Assembly: GCA_041483895.1 (NCBI GenBank)
Contig: JBGPGO010000009.1
Coordinates: 1 to 64,000 of the forward strand
Source of the DNA: Fimbriimonadia bacterium
GTDB taxonomy: Bacteria > Armatimonadota > Fimbriimonadia > Fimbriimonadales > JABRVX01
Length of the DNA stretch: 64,000 bases
Reading direction: 5' to 3'
The position numbers and the translations under genes were made by a program. Of this stretch, positions 49,805 through 60,118 are shown piece after piece. Numbering within the stretch: position 1 is the stretch's first letter; each line of letters starts with the position of its first letter. The notes below the pieces were generated by a model. That model worked only from the letters and a program-made list of their open reading frames with translations, was not told the origin of the DNA and did no database searches.

Positions 49805-49868
49805 GCGCAAGCTAGAGCGTGCGGCTACCGGAAGATCGGAAAATGCGCAAGCTAAAGCGTGCGGCTAC
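49805..49868 (-). repeat. Two direct copies of a GTAG-type REP element
   Basis: GTAGCCGCACGCT(C/T)TAGCTTGCGC at 49805-49828 and 49845-49868 (40-bp period). Confidence 0.75.
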
Positions 49869-49901
49869 CTGGGGATGGTGCGCCGGGTACGATCTCTTTC
49901 C

Positions 49902-50213
49902 GTGCCGATCCTGGAATTTGTCTGCAACCGGTGCTTGAAGAGGTCCAGCCAACTGGTCGGGATGACCGCCGACGGTGGGCTGGAACCTTGTCCGTGGTGC
50001 GGCTCCACGGACATCGTGCAGGCCGTCTCGCGATTTCGGCGCGGGAAGACCGAGGACGACCGCCTTGATGAGATGGCTGACCGGCTGGAGCTGCAGGGCG
50101 AGCCGGACAGCCCTTCCGCCATGCGGGAAATAGCTCGCGAAATGGGCAAGGCGATGGACGAGGACATGTCTGACGAGATGGAGGAGATGTTCGAGTCGGA
50201 CACCGGCGAGTAG
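49902..50213 (+). CDS. FmdB-family zinc-ribbon protein
   Basis: MPILEFVCNRC...CPWCGS, acidic tail; GTG start. Confidence 0.85.
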   Translation: MPILEFVCNRCLKRSSQLVGMTADGGLEPCPWCGSTDIVQAVSRFRRGKTEDDRLDEMADRLELQGEPDSPSAMREIAREMGKAMDEDMSDEMEEMFESDTGE

Positions 50214-50237
50214 ATTGCACACGGCCAGGCGCGGATG

Positions 50238-50297
50238 GCTCGCGAAATGGGCAAGGCGATGGACGAGGAGGTGTTTGAGACCGATTCGGGTGTATAG
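50238..50297 (+). repeat. Tandem partial duplication of the FmdB gene 3' end
   Basis: gctcgcgaaatgggcaaggcgatggacgagga identical at 50133 and 50238. Confidence 0.85.
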
Positions 50298-50300
50298 CTT

Positions 50301-51530
50301 CTACGCCGCCAAATGTAGGCAGGCATCTTCGCTCGCCTGGATCGCCTCGACATGCAACCGCCCAAGATCGCGGGATTGTGCGAGTGAAGCGTTAATTGCG
50401 CTCCAGTCGCCCCGCTCGTAGCTGATGACGCTTCGCAGGGCGGTCGCGATCTCACTTGTGGATTTCGGATCGACAAGAGCTTCGTGCACGTCCGCAGGCA
50501 GAGGAAGACCCTCAAGAATTTGCTCCATGGGTTGGTCAAGCAGAGCATCGAGGACGGAAAACAGTCCGGCGCAATAAAAATGTTCGCGTTTTGGATGATT
50601 TTTCGGAACGAGCGATTCAGCCATCCGGGCCCGCGCCAATGCGGTAACCAACAGCTCAGACGGTTTGTTCTCGATGCTGGATAGGAGCAAGATCGTCGCC
50701 ATCTGAGCCGTTCTCGTCAGTCCCAAAAATGCTACCGCCGAACGAACGGAATCGACCTCGCGCGGGCCTGATATGTACGCGCTGTGCAGAAATTTGAGGA
50801 GCCGATAGCTGAGCGTGACGTCAGCGGAGATCAGCTTGGAAACAACATCCAATCCAATTTCCGGATCGCGCAAGGCGGTAATGAGTCCCAGCAAACCGGC
50901 TCGATTGCCTGTCTTTAACTTCCCTTCCAGCAGTTCCGGCCGCATGAAATAGTAACCCTGGAAATATTCGCAGCCGAGAGCGGCGTATCGATCAAATTCC
51001 TCGTAGGTCTCGACCTTTTCCGCCAGCAGTTTTCTGCCGCCTCGGCGTAGTCCCGAAATCGATCGCCTGCACTTATCGGCATCAATCTTTGATACGTCCA
51101 GCTTCACGATGTCCGCGATGTTGAGAAAAGGATCGAGGCTCGGTTGAAACACATAGTCGTCGATAGCAATCCGAAATCCCCTATCACGGAGTTCGCGAAC
51201 ACGGGCGATTGATTCCGGAGTGGCGACGGTATTTTCCAATATCTCGAAGACCACTCGGTCCGCCGGCAGGCAGGAGAGCATGTCGCTGCCCAGCAGAGAA
51301 TTGTTCAGGTTGATAAAACAGGGCTTGTCTCCCACCAGGTGCGGCAGGCCGATCTCCATGAACGCATTGACAAGAACGGTCGCGGTCGCCCTGCCTTCCA
51401 CCTCATCGGTGACATCTGTCATGGGTCCGCGATACAGCAGCTCATAGCCCTGAACCTGCCGGTTTCGGTCGAATATGGGCTGGCGGGCCAGGCAAATGTC
51501 AGCCGGTTTGGGAGGGGCTTCTTGGCTCAT
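50301..51530 (-). CDS. EAL + HDOD domain protein (c-di-GMP phosphodiesterase-like, YuxH type)
   Basis: RQPI, GYELLYR, FEILE, AIDDY, VKLD, AEKVET, FQGYY followed by HDOD (DVTLSYRLLK, AGLFSVLDALL). Confidence 0.92.
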   Translation of the reverse strand: MSQEAPPKPADICLARQPIFDRNRQVQGYELLYRGPMTDVTDEVEGRATATVLVNAFMEIGLPHLVGDKPCFINLNNSLLGSDMLSCLPADRVVFEILENTVATPESIARVRELRDRGFRIAIDDYVFQPSLDPFLNIADIVKLDVSKIDADKCRRSISGLRRGGRKLLAEKVETYEEFDRYAALGCEYFQGYYFMRPELLEGKLKTGNRAGLLGLITALRDPEIGLDVVSKLISADVTLSYRLLKFLHSAYISGPREVDSVRSAVAFLGLTRTAQMATILLLSSIENKPSELLVTALARARMAESLVPKNHPKREHFYCAGLFSVLDALLDQPMEQILEGLPLPADVHEALVDPKSTSEIATALRSVISYERGDWSAINASLAQSRDLGRLHVEAIQASEDACLHLAA

Positions 51531-51597
51531 ACACCGCTATTTTCGGTAAAACATCACACATTCAGAATGAGCCGTACCCAGTAGTCTCACCGGGCTT

Positions 51598-52839
51598 CTA
51601 AATCAAATGAAACTTTGCCTGCCTTTCATCGATCAGCCGGCATTTGCCGCCGGTGAAAACGACCATCTCCTCCACGCTCATCCGGAACTCGTTTCCGCCC
51701 CATTCCGGCATGGGCTGGCTTACGGAAAGCTCCATCGTGAACGCCATGTTGTCTCGCAAGACAACGTCGCCTCGCCCCTCGCACCGCTCCTGCTCCCAGG
51801 GCAGCCCGATCAGCGGGCCAGGCTGATGCAAAAACAGGCCGAGGTTGTGGGAGTAGATGCGCGGATTCGGCACTTCTTCGCGCCTTGCGCGCGAGAGAAT
51901 GTTGGTCAGCATTTCGTTGCCGGTCAGCCCGACGCGGAATTCGTCGCGAAATATGTCCTGCAAACGGTGCACGTTGTCGAACACCTCGTACGCAAATGCG
52001 GGAGCATCCGTCTCTCCCGGTAGCAACAGGTAGCACCATTGTTGGTGATCGCTGCACAGTCGAAAATATTTGATTCCCACATCACATTGGAAAAAATCGC
52101 CCGCTCGAAGATAGGGATCATCCGATCCATACTGCAACTGCATCGCTTCCGATCGGCGGCGGATAAAAAACGGTGGGAAAGACAGGTCGAGGCCCAGATC
52201 CGCGGCGCGCTGCCGATAATGCCAGACGATGTCATCCGTTGTCGTTACCCCCGGCGTAACGACCTTGGTGCTGAAACATTCGGCGATAATAGCCTTCGCA
52301 ACGTCCGTGACCGTCTCATACAGTTCATTCTCTTCGCCTGTCAATGTCCCGGCCCAATGCACCACCATCGGTTCTGCGGACTCGAGACGCTCGACATACT
52401 CTTGTGGCAGCGCGATCACCAACTGCTGATATAGGTTCTGAGTCAATCCTCCCGCCGCCCATTGGATGCTGCCGATGTTGATCCCGATACGCTTTGGGGC
52501 TCGCTCCTTGACGGCCTTAGCCAACATCGCCCACTGCTCCGAATGGTTCGTGCCTTTCCATGGTTGTTGGAACAGTCCCTGCATGTCGGTCATCGACAGA
52601 TTGATCCGTTCGATCTCAGTTCCGGTATCGAAAAAGATAAGCATCTGCAGAATAGGGCACCAGGTATTCATGGGGCACATCGTGCTGAAGATCGGGTCCG
52701 GGTTATCCTCCTGGCAAATGATCAGCCACATATCGAACCCGCTCTCCCGCATCGCGGCAGGGAGGATCGTCTCCAATCGGCCCTTGATGAGCCCGTGGAC
52801 GACGGCGGCTTGATCTCGTTGTGGAAGAATTCGTGGCAT
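51598..52839 (-). CDS. M24-family (Xaa-Pro aminopeptidase-like) metallopeptidase
   Basis: GDFFQCDVGI...SDHQ, YSHNLGLFLH, TMEL, VEE. Confidence 0.85.
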   Translation of the reverse strand: MPRILPQRDQAAVVHGLIKGRLETILPAAMRESGFDMWLIICQEDNPDPIFSTMCPMNTWCPILQMLIFFDTGTEIERINLSMTDMQGLFQQPWKGTNHSEQWAMLAKAVKERAPKRIGINIGSIQWAAGGLTQNLYQQLVIALPQEYVERLESAEPMVVHWAGTLTGEENELYETVTDVAKAIIAECFSTKVVTPGVTTTDDIVWHYRQRAADLGLDLSFPPFFIRRRSEAMQLQYGSDDPYLRAGDFFQCDVGIKYFRLCSDHQQWCYLLLPGETDAPAFAYEVFDNVHRLQDIFRDEFRVGLTGNEMLTNILSRARREEVPNPRIYSHNLGLFLHQPGPLIGLPWEQERCEGRGDVVLRDNMAFTMELSVSQPMPEWGGNEFRMSVEEMVVFTGGKCRLIDERQAKFHLI

Positions 52840-52905
52840 GTTCATAGTGTACTAGCGACTATACACGATCCAGGACAATCCGAGCAGGCGCCGAATCCGA
52901 GTCGG

Positions 52906-55900
52906 GTGGATATTGCCCTCTTTCTTGCGTCGGCCGCAGTCCTAGTCGTTGCGGCGAAAGCTCCTGCCGCAGATCGCCCGACGATCTCCCTCGACGGCGT
53001 TTGGCAATTCCGCTTTGCCCCGGACGATCGCGGCACTTCGGAGCGTTGGTTCGACGGATCTAATGGATTTGATCGAACGATCAAGGTCCCCGGCTGTTGG
53101 GACGCACAGGGCGTGGGCGAGTCTACGGACAAGCTTCGCCACAGCGCCATCGGGGTCGGCTGGTATCGTCGGATCTTCTCGATCCCTCGTGACTGGCGAG
53201 GACGCAAAGTCTGGCTTGTGGTTGGCGGAGTTCATCGGTCGGCGGACTTCTGGGTGAACGGCCGGCACGCGGGAGAGCATATCGGATATCCCACTTCGTT
53301 CCGCATCGATATTACAAACGCTCTCATCCAAGGAAAGACTCAAGCGTTGGTGATCGCGGTGGATAGTCGAAGGACGCTTGATGAAGACGCGCTCACGGGG
53401 ACCTTCGATGTGATCGACTACATGGACCTCACGTGGGGTGGGATCTTCGAGCACGTCTCGTTGGAGGCGACAGGCGACACCTGGCTCGATGACATATTTT
53501 GCCTACCAGACCCGACGATGCATAGCGTAACCGTGCAACCGTCGTTGGGTGGCGAATCCGATCGCGGTCTTACGATCGACTACACTGTGTTGGACGGGAG
53601 GCAGGTTTACGCAAACGGCACGATAGCAATAGAATCGTTCCAAATCGATTTGCCGAACGCGCCGCTGTGGACGCCCGACGAACCACATTTGCTCACTTTG
53701 GAACTAACACTTAAGCGCGAGGGCGAATCACTGGACAAGAGGCGGGTCCGATTCGGCCTGCGCCGATTGGAGGTCCGCGGTCCCGACTTCATCCTCAACG
53801 GAGAGAGGTTCTTTCTACGAGGATATGGAGACGACTTCACTTTTCCGCGCGAACTGCTTCCGCCTGCAGATGTCGGGTACTGGAAAAAGTATCTTCAGAA
53901 GCGGAAGGACTTCGGGTTCAACGGCGTGCGCCACCATTCCATGATGCCCACTGAATCTTATTTGCAAGCAGCGGATGAAGTGGGGATGCTTGTCCAGCCG
54001 GAACTGCCGATCGCCTACCAGCCGTTTTTCGATCATGCTTCGCCGACGGCGCGCGAATTATATACACGGGTCTGGACAGACTACATTCGGCAAATGCGCA
54101 ATCACCCATCCGTGATGTCCTGGTGCATGGGCAATGAACTTTGGAACGGGTTTCCGATGGGCCCGGAGCTATACCGATTGGCGAAAGAGTTGGACCCGAC
54201 ACGGCCGGTGATTGATACGGACGGCATAGGGCCAAGCATAGATCGGCTGACGCTCGACTATCATATGGTGCAGTTCGACGAGGGCCAACTGCCGTGGGGA
54301 ACGCATCGCGGCAAATATGAAATCACCAAGCCGGCGAAGCCGACCCTCGTCCACGAAATGGCCAACATTTCCGTCCTTCCCAGCCCGTCGGACATCCCGA
54401 AATATGATGGTGCAGTCAAGCCGTTTTGGTTGCAAGAGATGGCGGCCGCAGTGCGCAAGCAAGGGCTGGAGAAAGAGCTTCCCGCGATGCTAGCAGCTTC
54501 CGCGCACTTGCAGGCCAGCCTGCTGAAGTTGAACATCGAGGCGGCGCGACTCAGCCCAGGAATCGATGGCTTCCATCAATGGCTTTTCCGCGACTACTGG
54601 ACGCGAAGCTCCGGATTCGTGAATCAGTTGGACCAATCGCGGGCGATCTCGCCGAAGCAGGCGCGGATGTTCAACTCATCCGCCGTGCTGCTTTGGGATC
54701 ATGACCGGGTGAACTTTCGGTCGGGCGAAGAGATTTCCCTGCGTGTATTCCTTTCCGACTTCCGGCCTTCGAAAGAGCCACCGATCACAAGGGTTCGGTT
54801 ACGGCTGGGGGATGCGGAAGTTCTGCTGGAGCCGCCAACGGAAACAGGTGGACGTGGACTCGTCGGTCCGTGGACCGGCTCCTTGCGCGCGCCCATCCTT
54901 TCGCGACCAAAAAAGCTGGTTTTGCGAGCGACCACCGAGGGCATCATCAACGAATGGCCGGTATGGATTTTTCCACCCGCACCCGCAACTTCTGGCGGAA
55001 TCATCGTGACGCGATGGCTGACCAAAGATGTGCTCGAACGATTGCGAAACGGTGCATCTGTCCTGCTCACCGACGACCGTGAAGTGTTTCCCCAAATCGA
55101 TGCGCGGTTCAAGCCCGCATGGTGGAAGGGGGACGAAAACGATCACTCCTTCGGCAACATGTTCTCCAAGCATCCCGCACTCAAAGAATTTCCGACGGAT
55201 GGATACGGAGACCTTCAGACGTTCGCCCTATTGGACCGCCGGCCCGTCGTGGTGCTGGACCAAGTGCCGGGCCACATCGAACCGATCGTATGGTGTCTCG
55301 ACCTGCCGTGGCGCATGGCGCGAAAAGCCTATCTGTTCGAGGCGCGGGTTGGAAAGGGCCGACTTGTTGTCAGCACCATGAATCTGTCGCAGGACCCGGC
55401 GTCGCAATGGATGTTCTCCGCGCTGACCCGCTACGTCGCAAGCGACGCATGCAAGCCGAAAGCCGAGCTGCCCTATGAATGGTTGGCGGAGCGAGTCGGC
55501 CGAATGGACCTGCCGGACCGCGCGACATGGATCGAGGGGTTCCATCAGTTGGTGGAAGCCACTGAAGGCGAATCGAAATGGCTCACATATCGGGAAGACG
55601 ATGCCGTTCAATATGTAGTGCGCCAGACGGATGGAAAGCAGCGCGTCCGCTGGATGGCTACACCGGTCCCCAAGGACTGGCCGCACAAGACGGTCACCTT
55701 CGCGTGGGCCGGCGGAATCGGCTATCTCTCCCAACCGGATCGCGGATCATTCGCGCTTTCCGTCGATGCGGAGACGCTGGAAATCCCTTCGTCACAAAGT
55801 CCTCGCAATGGAACAGCGCGGACGGTTCGATGACGCTGCGCTACTTGGTGCGGCGACGGACCGGCGAGGACACGCTCGGCATCTTCTTGCTCACCCTGCC

Positions 55901-56048
55901 CGCCAACCAGGTCGCGGGCCGATCCATTGAGCTGACGCTTTCTTCCTCCGTGGAGGGTTCCCGCCGCTGGATCAGCGTGGTCCCTTATAGTGACGTGATC
56001 ACGGGCCCTAGCGCCGCCGCGGCCCCTCCGGAACTTGCACTTTTGTAA
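52906..56048 (+). CDS. GH2-family glycoside hydrolase, with an apparent 1-nt frameshift near 55786
   Basis: ISLDGVWQF, VPGCW, FGLRRL, FNGVRHHS, NHPSVMSWCMGNE. Main frame stops at 55833; a plausible C-terminus continues in another frame to 56048. Confidence 0.82.
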
Positions 56049-56436
56049 CGGGCTCATGATTGCCGCGGTGGCACATGAAGCAGGTGGCCCTGCCGTCCAG
56101 AATCTTCTCCCGTTTGTTGATGTCCTTCACCATCAGCATCATCTGCCGCGCGATTCTTTTCGTCTTCTTGTCGTCTTTCTCCCATCCGGTGTGGTCCGCG
56201 CTGATCACGTGGCAGAAGTCGCACTGCACGCCAAGCGATGCGGCGTTGGTCCGCATGATTGCGATCACCTGTTCGGCGGATAATCCCTTAAGGACCTTGA
56301 TGTTCTTCAGCTTGATGTTTGGCGGCTGCTGCCGGCCCCGTTGTGCGGCGCTGAAACAGGCGAGCAGGGCAAATGTGACGGCGACCATAAGGGCCGTCCG
56401 GGCAAAGGGAACGGCGCGTCGATAAGGCATCGGCAT
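56008..56436 (-). CDS. Exported dihaem c-type cytochrome (photosynthetic reaction-centre cytochrome-like family)
   Basis: KNIKVLK, LGVQCDFCH, ARQMMLMV..IN, TCFMCHRG; signal peptide. Confidence 0.85.
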   Translation of the reverse strand: MPMPYRRAVPFARTALMVAVTFALLACFSAAQRGRQQPPNIKLKNIKVLKGLSAEQVIAIMRTNAASLGVQCDFCHVISADHTGWEKDDKKTKRIARQMMLMVKDINKREKILDGRATCFMCHRGNHEPVTKVQVPEGPRRR

Positions 56437-56690
56437 TGACTTCGTCTCCTGGTGTGGGTTTTTTTCCGGCGCGCTCCCCGCGCCGGCCGGATTTTACCAA
56501 ATACCCGGCAGGGGTACTCATTCCTGCCTGACACCGCTCCACAAGGGGATCGGCAGGCGGTGGGATATCGGCGTGCGGGCCCGCGGCTGCAACGGTGCTC
56601 TTCATTGTTCCGCGGGCCTTTGGGGTCGGAACTTGGTAGGATTGAAGACATTTTCTTTGACGATCGCATCGTCAAAGCCATCTTCAAATC

Positions 56691-57089
56691 CTACGACCCA
56701 TACGCCTGCGCGACAGCGAAGGAATCCTGCAACTCCTCTAACTTGCACGGCTTTCCGTCGCGGAAATGAAAGATGTGCACGAACGAGGTGGGCGCGGCTT
56801 TGCCCGTCGCCTTGCAGCGCGTGGTCATGTGCCCAATGCAGACCACGATGTCGCCATCCGCCAGGAACGTCTGCGGGGCGAACTCCTCCATGGTGCAGCT
56901 CTCGTCCATCGCGGAGAAGAACCCGGCGACGCCCTGCCTGCCGTTGCGAACGCCGTAGAAGGGGACGGTGGGCGGTCCGTGCACGGTCCAACTGATGTCG
57001 TCCGACAGGGTGTCGAGAATGGCGTTGATGTCCCCGCGCCCAAACGCGGCGTACATCTCTTTTATGGTTTGTATGTTTTGACTGTCCAT
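56691..57089 (-). CDS. SnoaL-like/NTF2-family protein
   Basis: YAAFGRGDI..IL..L.DD..W...GP..VPFYG...G...V..FF. Confidence 0.88.
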   Translation of the reverse strand: MDSQNIQTIKEMYAAFGRGDINAILDTLSDDISWTVHGPPTVPFYGVRNGRQGVAGFFSAMDESCTMEEFAPQTFLADGDIVVCIGHMTTRCKATGKAAPTSFVHIFHFRDGKPCKLEELQDSFAVAQAYGS

Positions 57090-57204
57090 ACCGCTAGTAT
57101 AGGCGATTGAGTATGACCCGATCCTGAGCGGGGGGTTTTCTTTTTGCTGAAAATGCGTCGCAGCCAAGCGCGGCAAACCATCCGTCATGCGCCGGACGTC
57201 AGTG

Positions 57205-57795
57205 TTACCGCCGCCATGGTTTCGGCGGAATCTCTGGTAAGTCTATGGATTGCGCTCTTGCGACGTACTCCGAGAATGGCCGAACATACCATGCTAGGCG
57301 TGCGAGAATCTCGGAAAGGGAGCGGCCTGTTTTTGCTGCCATGCTATGAAGCGCGTTCGTAACGGCCGCCGGATCATGGTCGTAGAGGACTTTCAAGTAA
57401 TCGGCCGGGTGCGTCGCGCTGATACCCCAAGGTTTGAGCGCTGCAGGCGTGAAGTCCTTCACGTTAAAGGTCACGATGACTTCCGACTTTGAATGGATCG
57501 CCGCAGCGAGCACGTGGCGGTCTTTGGGGTGATTCGTGCATTCCGGAATGTACTGTTCGAATCCAGTCACCATTGCTTCGGGGAAGAACTCTTTCGCGGC
57601 TTTGATTCTGGAATCCGCAAGGGCATTTTCCCATCCAAGTATATTAATGTAGGTTCGTCGCGTCTCCTCCCAAATCTGCTCCGTCCATTTCGGCAACAGG
57701 AGTCTGGGTTCCTCGGAGAGTCGGAGGAACAGGTCGGAAACGGCCGCTTCCGCGAGCACACAGGCGTCGAGAACGACTGGAAAGTCGGCTCTCAA
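57205..57795 (-). CDS. PIN-domain toxin (PIN_3/VapC50-like)
   Basis: VVLDACVL, W...I.EE, HPKDRHVLAAA, IVTFNVKDF, HPADYL; start uncertain (TTG at 57795 chosen). Confidence 0.88.
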   Translation of the reverse strand: MRADFPVVLDACVLAEAAVSDLFLRLSEEPRLLLPKWTEQIWEETRRTYINILGWENALADSRIKAAKEFFPEAMVTGFEQYIPECTNHPKDRHVLAAAIHSKSEVIVTFNVKDFTPAALKPWGISATHPADYLKVLYDHDPAAVTNALHSMAAKTGRSLSEILARLAWYVRPFSEYVARAQSIDLPEIPPKPWRR

Positions 57796-57799
57796 TATC

Positions 57800-58270
57800 T
57801 CACCGTTCTGATTCGTCGCGTTCCAATGGAGCGAAGCGGTCGTAGACGTCCGCTTCCACAAGTTCTTCCGTCATCCTGTCGAGGCCGGCCTTTCGAACCC
57901 TGCTGCGATCGTGCTGAAACTTGACAAGGTCTTTGAAGAAAACCCTGCGATGTGTCCCGGCGTGGTGAAATGGGATCTTTTCATCTTCCAGCAGACGTAC
58001 GAGATATTGCCGCGAGACGCCGAGGAAGTTAGCGGCTGCCTGAGTCGTAAAAGCCTCATTCTCATGCATCAGGAAGACAGCTTCTCTGCGCTTCATCGCT
58101 TCGACAACGGCGACGAACAGATCGTTCAAAGCTTTGGGGAGCTCGATGGTTTCTCCTTTGGCTCCGATGAGGACGGGCCTGGCCCCTCCTTCCACCACTA
58201 GGAAGAGATCTCTTAATTGCTCGGCCGACATGTCAGACGGGTCAATCCGGATATCAGCGAGTGCGCTCAT
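57800..58270 (-). CDS. Excisionase-type HTH DNA-binding protein, cognate antitoxin
   Basis: FTTQAAANFLGVSRQYLVRLLE...IPF...GTHRRV; directly upstream of the PIN gene. Confidence 0.88.
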   Translation of the reverse strand: MSALADIRIDPSDMSAEQLRDLFLVVEGGARPVLIGAKGETIELPKALNDLFVAVVEAMKRREAVFLMHENEAFTTQAAANFLGVSRQYLVRLLEDEKIPFHHAGTHRRVFFKDLVKFQHDRSRVRKAGLDRMTEELVEADVYDRFAPLERDESER

Positions 58271-58458
58271 GAGACAATTATAGTTCATATTCGCTATAAA
58301 CGCAACTAGTTAGATTACTGGTTATGCCATTGTCGTCGTTAGCACGGCGGCTTCGAACGGCGAAAACGGCAAACTGTCCTAACTTGGCGTGAACTCGAAC
58401 ACAGGGGCGTAAATGAGAGTCAACGCGCTTGACGTTTTTACGCAAGGATGCGTCGTCC

Positions 58459-60003
58459 TTACCACTCGCCGGTCATTCGGAAATTGATAAAGATCCTGTT
58501 CAAATCTGATATGGTAGTAATGTTGTCGCCGTCCAAATCACCATCCGGACCGCCGAAGCCAACGATGACAATATTCAGGTCGTTAAGATCGATCGAGTCA
58601 TTATTGTCAGCGTCCCCTGAGAAGCAAAACGCATTTATCGCGGGACCGGGCGAGACGACTCCAGTTATCAAAGTACTTAGATACCGGTCAGCTTTGAGGC
58701 CGATATCGAACGTCCCTGTTGGCAGAATAAGATTGTATGTGCCGTCGGAACTTGGATCAATCCGCCTCCAGGCAAATGGTTGCGACGAACCGGGTGTTCG
58801 CAGATCGTAGGTAATGGGGGGAAAAGGAGCCTCCGGCACCCTGCTCTCAAATTCGACGTTAATTTTGATTGTGTTCCTGTCTGACGACACCGCAAGGCTG
58901 TGAACGAAACCATCGTCAGCTCCGACGGAAAGACCCGCTGCGGAAAGCCATAGGGGTGAATGGATCGGCCAGCCCCATAGAGGCGAGACCGAATAATCCC
59001 ATCTGTAGTTCCCGTCTGGTCCGTAGCAATAGATCCGATCCAAATTCGTGAGATAGAAGTTTCCGAGGGCGTCGACGACGGGAGTCTGTTGGAATTGGCT
59101 GGTAAAGGTACTCTTAGACCATTCAATGGCTCCAGCCGGCGAGAACCTGATGATCTGGTTCGCGGTATCCTGCAATATGATCAAGGCATCCCCATTTTGC
59201 GCTACAGCCAAGGCTCCTGGGTATCCGTTTTGGAAATGGTACGACCACAAAACATGACCCTGAAGGTCCAAGCAGGCGACATCGTAAAAGCCGCTCGGTT
59301 GATCGACAATCTGACATGTAACGTAAAGCCGGTCTTTGCCGCAAAAGCCCAGGATATTCGGAGACTGCATGAATCCCGGGATATCAACGCTAGTCCATTG
59401 ATTGTCCCCGTCAATTCGAACGAGTTTGCACTTGCCTGGTCCTTTTGCCGACACGACATAAATTGCGCCGTCTCGTCCTTCAACTGGCTGCGAACAGGAA
59501 CCACCAACATCCACAACGGTTTGACCCGTGTAGACAGATAAAAAGTTTACTCCCGTGTCGGATAGGCTGACGAGGACACCGTCGCGCCGCACGATGGCGA
59601 AGTTCCCGTTGATTCGGTCCATTCTAATGCCATCCGCTGAGAATAGAGCCCCGCCGAGCAAGGCGAGACCATTATTCAGTAAGAATGATTTTCCCTGGTA
59701 ACTTTGGCTCGGGTAACCCCATAGAGTTGATCCATCGTTTGCAAAGGCGAACGCTCCCTCTTGCGCAGAAATAAATGTACGACCATCTTCCGTACCGACT
59801 CCAGGGAAATAGATGTAGCCGGCACAGTCGCCCTTCCAAATTTGCGAAGGTGGCTCATTTAGTCGAACAAAATCGTTACGAGACGATCCTTGTGCGTCGT
59901 GGTATGGCATTGGCCATGCCGACGGATCGTATTGGCCGTGAGCAGTTCCAGCCAGGGTGATTAGCACGGCAGCACAGAGTCCAAATTGCGATGGAGCACT
60001 CAT
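58459..60003 (-). CDS. Secreted PQQ-like beta-propeller protein with C-terminal dockerin-like domain
   Basis: WPMPYHDAQGSSR, repeated ..DG...W.Y blades, GDADNNDSIDLNDL...DLDGDNITTISDL. Confidence 0.82.
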   Translation of the reverse strand: MSAPSQFGLCAAVLITLAGTAHGQYDPSAWPMPYHDAQGSSRNDFVRLNEPPSQIWKGDCAGYIYFPGVGTEDGRTFISAQEGAFAFANDGSTLWGYPSQSYQGKSFLLNNGLALLGGALFSADGIRMDRINGNFAIVRRDGVLVSLSDTGVNFLSVYTGQTVVDVGGSCSQPVEGRDGAIYVVSAKGPGKCKLVRIDGDNQWTSVDIPGFMQSPNILGFCGKDRLYVTCQIVDQPSGFYDVACLDLQGHVLWSYHFQNGYPGALAVAQNGDALIILQDTANQIIRFSPAGAIEWSKSTFTSQFQQTPVVDALGNFYLTNLDRIYCYGPDGNYRWDYSVSPLWGWPIHSPLWLSAAGLSVGADDGFVHSLAVSSDRNTIKINVEFESRVPEAPFPPITYDLRTPGSSQPFAWRRIDPSSDGTYNLILPTGTFDIGLKADRYLSTLITGVVSPGPAINAFCFSGDADNNDSIDLNDLNIVIVGFGGPDGDLDGDNITTISDLNRIFINFRMTGEW

Positions 60004-60118
60004 ACTATAAGTATACAGCAGAACGTCAAAAGAAACCAGAATCGTTCAATTTGGCCAGGCAGCTTGAGGCGACGGTTTAGGCCGGCGCTAGGAAAAACAG
60101 CTCGGCTACGCCGGTGCG

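Noticed and set aside
52462..52905. N-terminal extension of the GH2 ORF
   Set aside because: Antisense to the M24 peptidase; a signal peptide begins at GTG 52906.
56008..56436. Evidence for photosynthesis from the reaction-centre-like cytochrome
   Set aside because: Small dihaem members occur in non-phototrophs; no puf or bch genes here.
57800..58270. Prophage excisionase
   Set aside because: Directly paired with a PIN_3 gene as in known TA modules; no integrase or phage genes nearby.
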